Source: Raillietiella orientalis (taxonomy: Eukaryota). From it: a stretch of 64,000 nucleotides of DNA. The stretch is from assembly GCA_036172245.1 (NCBI GenBank), contig JAYWIR010000019.1, forward strand, positions 1,860,001 through 1,924,000. Direction: 5' to 3'. Shown here one piece after another: positions 13,034-24,460 of the stretch; the stretch's first letter is position 1; each line of letters begins with the position of its first letter. A program made the translations under genes and the position numbers. Under the pieces are notes generated by a model. It did not search any database and was not told the DNA's origin. It saw only the letters and a list, made by a program, of their open reading frames with translations.

Positions 13034-15249
13034 GGGGTGCCTGGCGAGCACGAAAGGCGGAACGACCTCTCTCTCTTTCTTGAGAGACCGCTTGCTTGCC
13101 TCCAGCAACCGTAAACACCCATCGGTATCATCATCATTATTATCATTACTGTTGCTGTTGTTGTGATCGTTATGGTTACTTGATCCAAGTTTGCGAGGAA
13201 GCCGAAAACGCGCGCTGCTCGAAAGCGCTGCTTCCCGTCGGGCGAAAAAAAACACTTCTTTGCCTTCTTCCCGAGTCCCGATCAAAATGCCTCGCAGATT
13301 CGATTTTTGACAAGTCGTGGAACGCAATCATTGCTTTCGCATTTCGCGTGGAAACAGATTATCAGGCCGATCGATGCAATTATAAAAAATGTATCAGCGT
13401 CATCAATCTTTTTAAAAGTCATGAAGGCAGAAAGCATAATTGTATCATTAGGAATGTACCTGAGGTCTCATCCGTGGCCATTAGCGGGAACCACCGTGGC
13501 AATTTGCTTTGCAGCTCTGTTGTGACGTGAGCGTGGCGGACCGATTCGGCGGAAACGCGTCGGGTGCGTCTCCCGCGGCCGTCGACGAGGCTGGTCTCTC
13601 CGCGGAGCAAGTGCGCCCCGGGGTTCCCGTCGACCGAGGTCCCTCTCCCGTGTCCCATTCGCCAGAACCCAGCTGCTCTTCCCGCGCTTCTTTTTTGTGT
13701 CCGGCTAAGAGCGGCGCGGCAAGAAGAACCGAGAAATTTCTGCGTCTCGGCGGCCATCGCAGCCTGGCGACGCAAATGGCATCTTGGCAACGATCTGGTC
13801 GGCTGCTGGAGGGGCCATCCGCAGGCGCGTCCGAACAACAAGAAGTGCCTTCCACCGCGAGCCCGCTCGCTGCCTTGTGCGCGCGTCTTGGCTTCCTTCT
13901 TTGCTGCCGAGGTGAGATCCGAAACTTCGGAGCCGGACCGCCGCCTTCCGTTCCCTGGTTCATGACGTCGATCGAGCTCTGCATGTGGTCAGTGGACAAA
14001 CAAACGCCCGGAGATGACGAAGGAGCGCCTGCTCCCATCTCACGAAGTGTCAATGAGGTCGTTTATCACTGGGGCAGTTTTTCGGAGAGACTTCTCGCTT
14101 AAACCGCACGCGCTCCATCGGGGCACGGCAACCCTCGGTCCGGCCGACGGTTGCCGTGTCCATCGAGCTTTTCCGGAGCGACTTCCTCCCTCCTCCTCCT
14201 TCCTCTTTGCATGCTGCACACGCAGCTCCATGGATGGACGAGGGGATCGTCTCGCCCACCTCGTCCTGAAGGGGCGCGCGCGTTCGCCCCTCGAATGCGC
14301 TCCGATCCTGCGGACCGAATGCGGGATTTGCCACGGGGACACCCCTGGCTCGCGTCCCTTCTCGAACATCGAATGGGCGAGCACCGCGGCACCCTTCCTT
14401 CCGAAACCTACCGGACAACAGTGCTTCCTCCCATTCCTCTTCCATCTCGCTGCAAAGATGCCCCTCCCTCTCCCTAGAAAAAAAAAAAAAAAAGAAAACA
14501 GGAAAGCGTGGGCCGGGTAGGTGCTGGGCCGGGTGCGCGTGGCCACAACCCAAAACGGGAAGGAAAAAGCCCTCCCCCCCCCCATCCGCCGGGACGTTTC
14601 GGAGGCAATCAGCAATCATCCCGACTGGGCTGACCGTGTTCATTGTGCCCGGCAGAGTGCGGAAGAGCGCCGCGGTAACAATGGGATGGGCGTCTTGGGA
14701 ACGGCGCGGGAGATCCCGGCGCGAAGCTCCTCTCCAAGGAAACCAATTCCCCGCAACCTGTTTGCCGATAATTCGGTTACTTGGTGCTTCTTGTTTTCAA
14801 TTATCTCGGATGCTCTCTCTGCAGGCGCGACCTTCCTGGAAATTTGTCTGAGCGTTGTCGTAGGGGGAGGAGGGGAGGGGAGGCGGCCGTTGCCCGAGCG
14901 CAAACTCGCGTTCCCGCCGCGACTTCCTTGAAGCGGTTCCCCCCAAAAGAATGGGAAAAGAAATGCATCACACAAAAACGGAATAAATAAGTAATTCCTC
15001 TCCTTTTATGTTTTTTTATTTTTTTTTTTTTTTTTCGTTTTCCTGTTTAAAACACACAAAAAAAAAAGAGAGAATGGAAGAAAAAAAAAAGGAAAAAAGG
15101 AACCCAGCAAAAGCAGGATGATGGATACGTCCCCACTCTGCCTGGATGTCTGCTCCCCGCCTGCGCGCGCATCCCGGTACAGTTATCCGCCGTCCCCCTT
15201 TTTCGCCTATTTGCTTATCGGGACTTATCGACCGAGCCGCGTGCGCTCT

Positions 15250-15555
15250 CTCCGCCTGTCGCATTTTTGATATGCAGATTAGGGCATAGGCAAATTTTCT
15301 CTTCCCCTTTCGTTTCAGCCGAGGATTCCCCCCTCGGCGGGTGCGTGCGCGGAACCCGTGCGACCAATAAAAAAACCTTCTTGCGCGGAATAGGTCCAAT
15401 CACGCAATCTTCCTTTTGCATGTTTGATTTTGCTGCTGAAATGAAATTCAAAACCGATGCGGGCGAGGCGGAGCTGGCTGGAGCGGGGGACACCTCTCTG
15501 GCTGCGCCTGGGCGGAAGTAACCAACGGCAGGACAAGGCTCTTCTGCGCGCGCGC
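15250..15555. promoter_or_regulatory. Candidate internal promoter/enhancer in the long 5' intron of the POU gene
   Basis: Two CCAAT boxes 32 bp apart (15364, 15396), octamer-like ATGCAGAT (15272), ETS-like GCGGAAGT (15512), TTCAAA (15447). Flanked by long poly(dA:dT) tracts. Confidence 0.35.
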
Positions 15556-18500
15556 GGTTGTTTTTTTTTTTTTTTTTTTTTTTCCTTTTTTTTTCTTTTC
15601 CTTTTTTCTTTTCTTTTTTTTTTTTTCGCTCGCTCGCTCCCTCCTTCTTTCCCTCCCCCCCCCCCCCATTTCTCTCTCCTCCCCTTTCTTCTCTTTCTGA
15701 AGAAGCGAAACGAGCGTTCGGATAGGACGAGAAAAGGGGAGGAGGATGGGTGGAGAGAGAGGCAGAGGGGGGGGAGGAGGCGGGAGAGTGGAAGAAGGAG
15801 GAAAAAAATATTTCGGGGATAGCACGGTGTTCCTCGTGGAAATAGGAAATGTGCATCGATCGGCTTTTTGATCTTTTTGAAAGATCGCGTTGAAGATGCT
15901 TTCCGATCTCCGAGGCGCGCGCGCGCGCGCGGATGAAATTGAACTCCTGCACGATCCGGGCAACGCTGGCGCCCAGCAGCGAGCGCCGTGAGGACGAAAC
16001 GTTTTTTCTTCTTTCTCTCGAGAAGGGGGAGGGAGGGGAGTTTTAAACACAAGAAAAATAATAATAAGAGTTCCTGCCGGTATGGCTACATCTGCTGTCG
16101 CGTTTCCGTTCTCTTCGCTGCTTCCGCGGAAGCCTTCTCGCTACGCATGGGGGGGAGGGGGGTCACACTGCTCTCCAGATGCACGCGCTTTTCTTTCGCT
16201 ACTCCGCGAGCGTCGCTCGGAGCGGTGCACGCACTTTCGGCTGCAAAAAGAGGCTGCCTCTGTTCTGGGAAAGCAAGCACCCCCCCCCCCCTCCCTTCCT
16301 GAAACGGTCCAGACAGGAGCGGATGTCCCCTTCCCTCCTGGGAAGGCGCCGACGGACGAGCGACGCGACGCATTGTTGCGCGGCTCCCGGCGGGCGCGTC
16401 CGGCCTGCCCGCCGGGGGCACCGGGGGCGCTGCCAACAATCGATTCCGAGGGAGGCGCCACCCGGTTTCAGGCGGCCTACCACCACCTCCTTCCGGGGCG
16501 GCGCGCGCGTCCCGTGCTCCCGACGCAGCGGCGGAGAGAGATAATGATCCCCGTTTGCAACGATGATCTAATGCCGGGCATAAATCAGGCTCCCGCGCAG
16601 GACCTCTGCCGTTTCCAGCCGCATCACCAGGAACGGAGTCCTCGAAAGAACTGCAAGTTCGCGTCGGTGCCTGCCGGTTCGGTAGCCTCTCCCGGGCGCT
16701 CCTCCCCACGCGGAGTAAATGGAAAATTTTCCGGTTTGCGAAATTCTCCCCTCCCCCTTTGCCACCCTCCTATACCCTCACGTTTTTTTATTATTATCAT
16801 TATATATATATTTTTAATATACATATACGTGTTTTTTTTTTTTCCCCCGTCCCCCGTTGTTGTTGCCGCTCTTCACTTCTTTCGAGTTATTTGAAAACTT
16901 ATTACTTTCTGCTTATTGGATTTCTCGCACGCGCTTCCGCTCCCTGCGAAGTCCGGATTTATTTTCACCGAGTAATTGAACACAGAGACGAGACTTCCTG
17001 ATGGAGCGAACTGTGAGAAGAACAGCATCGTCCGGCATGATGCTGCTGCGGATGCTGGCAGCATAAACACGAAGTCACCGGCTTCCTTTCATTCATCAAG
17101 CTGTCCTCGAAGTTGGGGTTGGCCTCTCGCTTTCACGAAATCTCCTCGAAGCCGTGGGTGGGAAAGGGGAAGAAGAGGAAGCGAAAAAAATATATAAAAA
17201 AAAAAAGAAAGGGGAGGGGGGCGGTGCGGAGTGGGGCCGATCGTCGCCCCCTCCTCTCTCTGCCTTTGCCTCGGACGCGCGCGGAGACTCTTGTAGCGGA
17301 CGCACGGGGATGCGCTACGGGCAGTTCAGTTCCCTTCCCGCGACGCATACCTGGAAGGCGGCCCGCAGGCGTGGTCAGGGGGCCGGCCGCAGATGGACGG
17401 TCGGACCCGTCCCGTTTCCGACCGCACTGCGGTGGACCTGACACTTGCCTGGCCGTCTGCCACGCCGGGCGAGAGGACAACCTCTGGGAGAGGGGCGGAA
17501 GGCGGGGTGGGTCCAGGGAAAGAGGTCCGGTTTCACCATTCCTTGCGGGACCGGCAAAGAATGAACCGCGGTCAGGGAAAGCGCGCGCGCTCGCCAAACA
17601 CGGGAGAAGCCGCCGCCACTCACAGCAGTTCGCTAAACGGTGGTGTTGGCGGCGACAACTGGCTCTCCTGCAGCTTCCTTCCTAGCAGCGGCATCCCAAG
17701 TGACGGGGCGGTTGGCGCCTCGCACCTTCGCGGGGGCTGCTGCACAACCCGGGCTCGAAGAAGAGCGAAAGTGGCGCGGCTGCGGCAGGGCGCTGAGACG
17801 CGTTCCAGTAAGGAATGGCGGCCGGGCGTCTTTCGAAACGGAGCTCGGAGGGGGGGGGAGGGGAGGGAGGGGAGGGAGGGAAGGAAGGAACAAACAAAGG
17901 AAACATCTGCATATCCCTCATTAATTGCGATCATCACCGTCGTCGTTCGAGGCGAAGGGATCTCCGCTGGCGAGGGTGACTGCGAGGCGCGCGCGCGCCC
18001 GCGACCTTTGCGTCTTGCCTTCTTGACCTCATTAAATGCTTGCGAGTACGCTGCGTACGAAATCTCCAGCGCGCCACGCTCCTCCCCCCCATCACCTCCA
18101 GCGACGCTCACTCTCGCGTTCCCAGGCAACCGTTGCCACCTTTTCCTGGGCGCACAGCAGCTGCGCTCGACTACCCGAGAGAGGATCGCCTCTCCCTCCG
18201 TCCTCCTGCGCTCGCGCCGTTCCCACTCCCGTCGCTGGGACTCTCGGAGGTGCCCTCACGCGTGCGGTCGCCGCAGGCACCCTCTGCCGCCGCCGCTTCT
18301 CGAAGCAGGCCGGCGCGGACGGCGCGAAACCGAGGGAGTGCCATCTCCGCGACTGATTCCCGGAGCGCCTCCAGCCGGCAGAGCTCCTCCTCCGAGCTGG
18401 GAACCGACATCTGCAGGTTCCCCTCTCCCCGCGCTCGCTCGCTCGCGCGCGCGCGCGCGCGAGCGAGCGCGTGTGTGTCCGACTTGCAGGCATCATTTTT

Positions 18501-20579
18501 CCAGAAAAATATCTTAATCCCGTTCCTGCGAGGCGGGACGCTGGGCTTGAATCCTAATGCGCCCGCGGAAAGTAGGGAGCGGATGAATATGTATAATTTC
18601 AGTCGCAGCGAGAGAAGAATGGAGTGATTATTGACCAACGTCCGAGGAGCCATAAAACGTCAGCCTATTCTCCGATGCAATCTGCACATGTTCTGATCTC
18701 CATAACAACCGATTTATAGCCGCGTCCCCGATTCTTGCGCGGATGATGAGGGTTTTAAAAATCCTGTATAAAAATTGCTGCTGCTTCCCGTGATTTAGTG
18801 GACGTCAGCGACAGACCTCTGCTTCCATAAACACGTCCTCCGCCGGACGTCCAGATAAATTTCGCCGCCGCCGCCGAACGCGCAGTTTGTTTTGCCGATT
18901 GGTCGCGCTTGTTGCGCGGGAGGTCGTGGCGTCCGCGGTGCCAGCGCCACCACCGAGCGCGCGCGACGCAGAAACTGCAGCTCGGACTGGCGCGGAAGCG
19001 CGCGCCTGGACGTGCGGCCGGAAGGAGTTAGGCGCACTTAGCAGGATGGGGGCGGGGGGGGGGGGAATTGGCGGTGGGGGCCGGTGGCGCTCCCAACACC
19101 CAGATCAGCTTGGCGTTTTCGATCGCGTGCCCCTCCGAGCGCGCGCGAGCTCGTCTTTCTTCTTCCTTTGCCTCTCGAGCGCGCACGAGATGACCCTCGG
19201 CCTTCCGCAGGGTGCAACACTGTGATCTTAGCCAAAAGACCGAGCAGCGGCCTTCCGCAGGACGAGAGGGGAGGGTTTGGAGCGACCCGGCGGAGATTCG
19301 TTCTCCCGCCGATCTGCGCGCCGGTTCCTCGGCGGCTCCTTCGAGCAGTGGACGTGGCAGAGCGGCAGTCCTGACGTCGCCTTTGCATGTCGGCAATAAA
19401 CGCCCCCGGAGCAACCTGGTGACAAGGCGGAGGTTTGTTCCGTCGGGAGGGGCAACTCGGCGCTTCCGGCCGCGTGGGAGTGCTGGCGGGGGCTGCTGCT
19501 GCTGCTGCTGCTATGTCTCCGTCTGCCTTGACGGCAGCAAGGCGAACCGGAGCGTCCGTGGCTCCCGTTCCCTCCCTCTTACCCCCTGGGACTCACCCTC
19601 TGGCACTTGGGAATCGGTCCCCTGCCGGACAGCAGGGGGCCCTCGTATCTCATCACGTGGTCTCCAAGTGTCCGGCTTCGCGCTGCCGTGCCTCGAGGGC
19701 GCGAAACGCGTTTTCGCTTCCCGGGTGAAAGAGGAAGAGGAAAAAAAAAACGAATAAGCCGGAAATGCCTTCGACGCTGCTTGAACCTCCGCCCGATGGG
19801 GCACGCAGCACGCGTCCCTTTTTAAGCGACCAACCCTTTCGTGATGAATGAGGTTGTTCTGGAAAGACTTTATTGTTTGAAGCTGCGTTTAAGGGTTTGT
19901 CCGCGTTTATTAGTCAAATCGACGGCCTATCAGGCGGGTCACGGGACACTCGTCCACATATTGCGCTTAATCAGTGTTATCAGAACATCATTTTTCACTC
20001 ATGGATGTTTCGGGGAGAGGGGAGCACCGCCGCTCTCTTCATCGGAATCCAATTAAAGAGTTAATTTATTCCGGTGTGCCGCGCAGTGGCTCGTTTGCTG
20101 AGGCGCAGGGCGCCGCAGCAAACGAACCAGTCGGAAAACGCGTCAGCGCCCAACCCTTTCCAGTGGAACGAGAAATGAAATCGAGCGGGATCGTGGCGGA
20201 GGGAGATAAGCGCCAGCATCGCTCTCCTCCCTCCCATCCCTGGGAGATTTATGATCGTAGGTATTACCTACATCCGAGGTAATTTGGGGAGTGCGCTGTC
20301 GGAGCAAACGAGCGCAGGAACACTGGCATGAAGGAGCGGTGTTCCGGCTCCCCCCCAGTGGCTCCTCTCCCCACCGTCCCTCGCCTCTTGCCGGGATACC
20401 CTGGGACGCCCACTCACCTTGAGAAAGGGAACCCGCTACGGGAAGACAGACACCCGTGGGCGCTCAAGACCGGAGGTCCTGGCGCTGTGTTGCCTCTTCC
20501 GTCCAGGACTGCCCCGCATCATTTCGGCCAGCTCGCTCGGTAGATTCAGCTGCTGTTCCCTCTAAAGTCCGGCACGTCC

Positions 20580-20795
20580 GACTCTTCTCGTTCTTTGTCT
20601 TTTTTTGTTATTCTTGTTCTTGTTGTTTCTCCTCTTCTTGTTCTTATTGTCGTTTTTTCCTCTCCTTGTTCTTCGCTTTCGTCTTGTTGCTATTCCTATT
20701 GTCGTTATTCTTCTTGTTGCTGTTTTTCCACTTCTTGTTCTTTTTATTTGTCTTGTTGTTGTTGGTGCTCCTCTCCTTCTTGTTCTTCTTCGTAG
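20580..20795. repeat. Degenerate (TTC/TTG/TTA)n pyrimidine-rich low-complexity tract
   Basis: About 210 nt of TTCTTG/TTGTTG-type triplets ending in CGTAG. Confidence 0.85.
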
Positions 20796-21043
20796 AAGAG
20801 TACTTTGAAGGAAAAAAAGGGTCTCCACGTTGGGCACGTTAGACTCTTCTGGTCCTTCCGCAAAACCGTCGGCAAAGCCGCCAGGGACCCTAAGCGGGGG
20901 TTCACCCATTCCCATACCTCCTATGGAGGGGCTGAGCGTCGCCTCCTTGGCAGCAGCCTCGAGATTGGGCGCGTAATCGACTCTCTCAGCGCGTGCGACG
21001 GCGAAGGCGGCTCGAATCCGCAGCAGCATCCCGGGGTTTTCAG

Positions 21044-21128
21044 ATACCAGGGGGTCTCTCTGAGCGCAGCAGCACCGCCCTCCCTCAGTGCGGCGAATCA
21101 CCGGATGAGGCTGCAGCATCTTTCGGAG
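21044..21128 (+). CDS. Candidate optional POU-gene exon (IPGGLSERSSTALPQCGESPDEAAASFG); 5' boundary and frame uncertain
   Basis: TTTCAG acceptor at 21043 and donor GAG|GTTGGC at 21129. In this frame the exon ends in phase 1, matching exon 21430. Confidence 0.3.
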
Positions 21129-21429
21129 GTTGGCGCTCCGCCTCCTGTCGGTTCGGCCGACGTCGCCAGGACACCGTCGCGCTCCCTTCCCGCTTGTGGG
21201 TCAACATTCCCGTCGACGCGGAGGGCGTGTCTCTTCTTTTTGCCTCGAGCGCAGGAGGCGCGCCGCAGGTGGACGGCGTCAGCAGCGGGTGCGCTTCGCC
21301 CTCTCCTTTACAGCTCCCCTCCTTCCTGGCCCATCTCCCCCGCTTTCTAGCTCCGAGAAAGCAGCCAGTCCGCAGCTGGCCGGGCCTGGCGGTGACCCCG
21401 ATGTCCGCTGACCAGGCGTCTCTTTCCAG

Positions 21430-21539
21430 GCGTCAACGGGAACCTGGAGGCCGACGAGCGCAGCTTCAACAGCGAGGATTCGGAAGCCTTCAGCAGCGAC
21501 AGCGACAGCGTGGGCTCCGAGAGAGGAGCGCTGAACCTC
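21430..21539 (+). CDS. Class II POU gene exon (GVNGNLEADERSFNSEDSEAFSSDSDSVGSERGALNL)
   Basis: CGCTGAC branch site, TCTTTCCAG acceptor, GTGAGT donor at 21540, strong GC3 codon bias, phase-compatible with the next exon. Confidence 0.75.
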
Positions 21540-21898
21540 GTGAGTGAAGGCCCTGTGGGGAGTCGCGCAGGGGGGTCACCCGAACCCTTCTGGGAGGTCC
21601 TCCGAGAATCGCCCATACGCCAATCAGGGCGGGGCGCTCTCCGGCCCTCCAAGGACCCGCCCGGAGCGCAAGGCACGGACCGGAGCAGGTCGTGCGGCCT
21701 TCTCTGACGGGCGCTTCCTAGACGGGCGTGCGCACCAACGCGCGCACTTCCCGGCTCCTCGGAGGAAAGCTCGGAGGCTGCGCTGCTCCTCTCCCATCAC
21801 CACCTTGCGGTCGCTCCCTCCCTCGACATCCTCCCCGCCTGGAACAGCGTCCGGCGGCAACAGAACTCCTCAACGGGACGCACTCCTTTCCCTTCCAG

Positions 21899-22132
21899 GT
21901 CACCGACGTCTCCCACAAGAACCACTCCCACTACCATTCTGTGATCGACAGCAAGAGCACGCAGAGCTCGCCGCTGTCGTCGACGCCGTCGCCCGGCTCC
22001 AACCAGGTGATGCCGAGTGAGCAGCAGCAGCCGTCGCTGACGTTCCACTCCGCGTCCGGGATGTTGAACCCCGTGGCCAACATGCAGGCGGCCCTGGCCG
22101 CCTTGCAGACGGGGAAGATCTCCCTGAATCAG
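21899..22132 (+). CDS. Class II POU gene exon (VTDVSHKNH...MQAALAALQTGKISLNQ)
   Basis: CCCTTCCAG acceptor, CAG|GTGAGC donor, 78 codons, phase 0/0, high GC3. Confidence 0.85.
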
Positions 22133-24138
22133 GTGAGCGGACCCGGGGGAGGAGGAGGAGGCGCGCCTCCGGGACGGAGAGGAGTGCGCGCGAACGCCCA
22201 GAGGGAAGCGGCGGCACGTGTGGGCTGTGCGACGGATCACGTGACTGCAGCGGCAGCGCAACGCATCGTGCGGCCCGACGGCGCGAAAAGCGAGAGCGCG
22301 CGCGCTCCCGGATGCCACCCCGCTCACGCTCGGGGAAGAGGGGAAAGGACGAAGAGAGAGGGGAAGGAAAGGAAAAGGAAGGGAACGGCAGAGCTCCTCC
22401 CTTTGGGCTCTTACCGCTGGAAGGGCAGGGAAACTCGTCCGTCGAAGAGCAGCAGCAGAGGACGGAACCTGCCGCCGCCTGGACCGCGCGCTCGAACGAA
22501 GAGGCGTGCAGCGTGGACCATCGGCGATCGTGAGCCCGAAACGAGATATCCGCTCCCTTCCTCCTCCACCTTTCGACCGCCTCACTTTTGGTCCTTGCAG
22601 GAAAGAACCACGGGATGCAACGGTGCGTTCCTCGGGCGTCCCGTCGCCAGGTACCCCAGAAACTACACAGAAGTCCGAGTCCCTCAGCCGAGAGGGTGGC
22701 GCGGGGGTTCCGCGAGCATGCTCCCGCGGGAGCTCCTCGGCCAGCTTGCAGGCTATCGGGAAGGAAGTAGGGAACGGAGGGAACCCTTGCTCTCTCGATA
22801 GCCGAGGGCTGGATGGTGGGGAGGCGCCGGGAGGGGGGTAAGGCTCAGTATCCCGCCCGTGGGGCGGATGGGGCGATCGTGGCCGCCGTAATCGATTTAT
22901 GGGGGCGTCTCCCCTCCTCTACCGCAGGCAGCCCGGCCGGATTGCAGGATGCGGATTGCAGGATGCGCGGGGGCTAATTGGTGCGTCCCGAGGAAATGGG
23001 GCGGGGTCCCACGTCACTGGGGCCAGTCGGGTGTGGAAATGCGGCGCTGCTTCGCCTCCCCGCGCGCTCCTTCGCCAGCCACGCGGAAACGGCGCTTGCG
23101 CCAGGGAGGCGGGAGGGTCAGACAGGGAAGGAGGGCGGGAAGACCCCGGCGGGGCAGCGCTCCCGGCGCCGCGGGCGAAAGGGTTAGCAGCTGGGAGTGG
23201 CTGCAGGTGGCGGCGCTCCAGAGGGGGGGGTGGAGGGGACTGAGGATTCCCTCCTTCCGGTGTCCCAGCGGGGAGCGACCCGGGAGACGCGACGCGAGCG
23301 GGGACGAGAGGGATGAGGCGGCACGCGAAGGACTGCGGGTGAACGAGGGAGGCTCCCCTGCGCGCGGGAAGGATGGGGGAAAGGGGAAAGCCGCAAGCGC
23401 GCGAGGGGAGGGAAGGAGCGCGTGCTCAGGGGAGGGGAGTGAGCGGGGGAGGGCGAAGAAAGGGATGAAGGGAAGCGCGCCTTGCAGCGGAAGGAGGTAG
23501 GGCCCGGTCGCGTGGCCGGAGGGGAGAAAGGAGACGCCTGGAGGTGCGCCGTAGTGAGTGGGGCTTTCTCGGAGTGCCTGTGGAAGAATCTGTGAGCTGC
23601 GGCGCCTCACCCTGCCGGAGGGGGTGTCCTAGGGAGAGACTCCCATCCACTTTCTCAGCATCGTCCCTGCACGACATCTCTCCCCACTTCGGACGGGCAC
23701 GGCAGGTCGCGCGCAGGCCCTACTGGTCGGTCAGGATGGATGGGGAAGGGACAGGAACTGGTGGTCTTGGGAGCGCAGTCCTCGAGTTCCCCCTCCCCGG
23801 TTCCTTGTCCTCTTCCTGGACAGCAGCAGCTTCCCCCCCTCCCCTTCTGAGGAGGCGTAGCGTCCGAGCCGAGAGGGTGTGGCATAGTCCCGCAACGACC
23901 GACCCCTCCCCAGCCGAAGGCTCCTCGAGGCCGATCCCGCACTAGGCCTCTCTGGCACGGTCACCCCTTCGAACGTCCCGGAACCGGAAACCGGTCGGAA
24001 ACCTCTCCGGGCCAGCGTGCTCCTTGCTGAGGCGACGGCGCCTTCCGCGGCGGGGTGGCGTACGCTCACGAACCCCGGGAATGGGCGGTCGCCGGCCCTC
24101 CAGGCTTTCGAACCATGCAGCAGCTCCCTCTCTTCCAG

Positions 24139-24282
24139 CTGATGAACTTCGGGGCGCAGGGGCAGCAGATCCTGATGCACAGCATGCAGAGCTCCCTGGC
24201 GATAGCTGCGGCCAGCCAGCTGCCGCCGATGATCGGCGGCTCCTTGCCGAATCTCTCGCAGCTGAACTCCCACGAGCTGCAG
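24139..24282 (+). CDS. Class II POU gene exon (LMNFGAQGQQILMHS...LNSHELQ)
   Basis: TCTTCCAG acceptor, CAG|GTAGGG donor, 48 codons, phase 0/0. Confidence 0.85.
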
Positions 24283-24346
24283 GTAGGGAGGCGGTCTCGC
24301 CGCGTGCCAATCACGCGGATTTAAAGACCAACTGCCCGTACATTAG

Positions 24347-24460
24347 ATTCTGTACCAATCCCTGCAGCAGCATCAGCAGCAGCTGCAGCAATCCCTGCAG
24401 CAATTCATGCTGTTCCAGCCCAACGCAGCCGCTCAGACGCAGTTTTTCCTGCAGAATCAG
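24347..24460 (+). CDS. Class II POU gene Q-rich exon (ILYQSLQQHQQQLQQSLQQFMLFQPNAAAQTQFFLQNQ); start may be 24368 or 24371
   Basis: In-frame acceptors at 24346, 24367 and 24370; donor CAG|GTAGGA at 24461. The LQQFxLxxP-type motif is recalled from POU2-class N-termini. Confidence 0.8.

Noticed and set aside
18421..18445. CCCTCTCCCCGCGCTCGCTCGCTC resembles the Rep-binding element of the AAV ITR
   Set aside because: Simple GCTC repeats in GC-rich DNA; no T-shaped ITR arms and no parvoviral ORF nearby.
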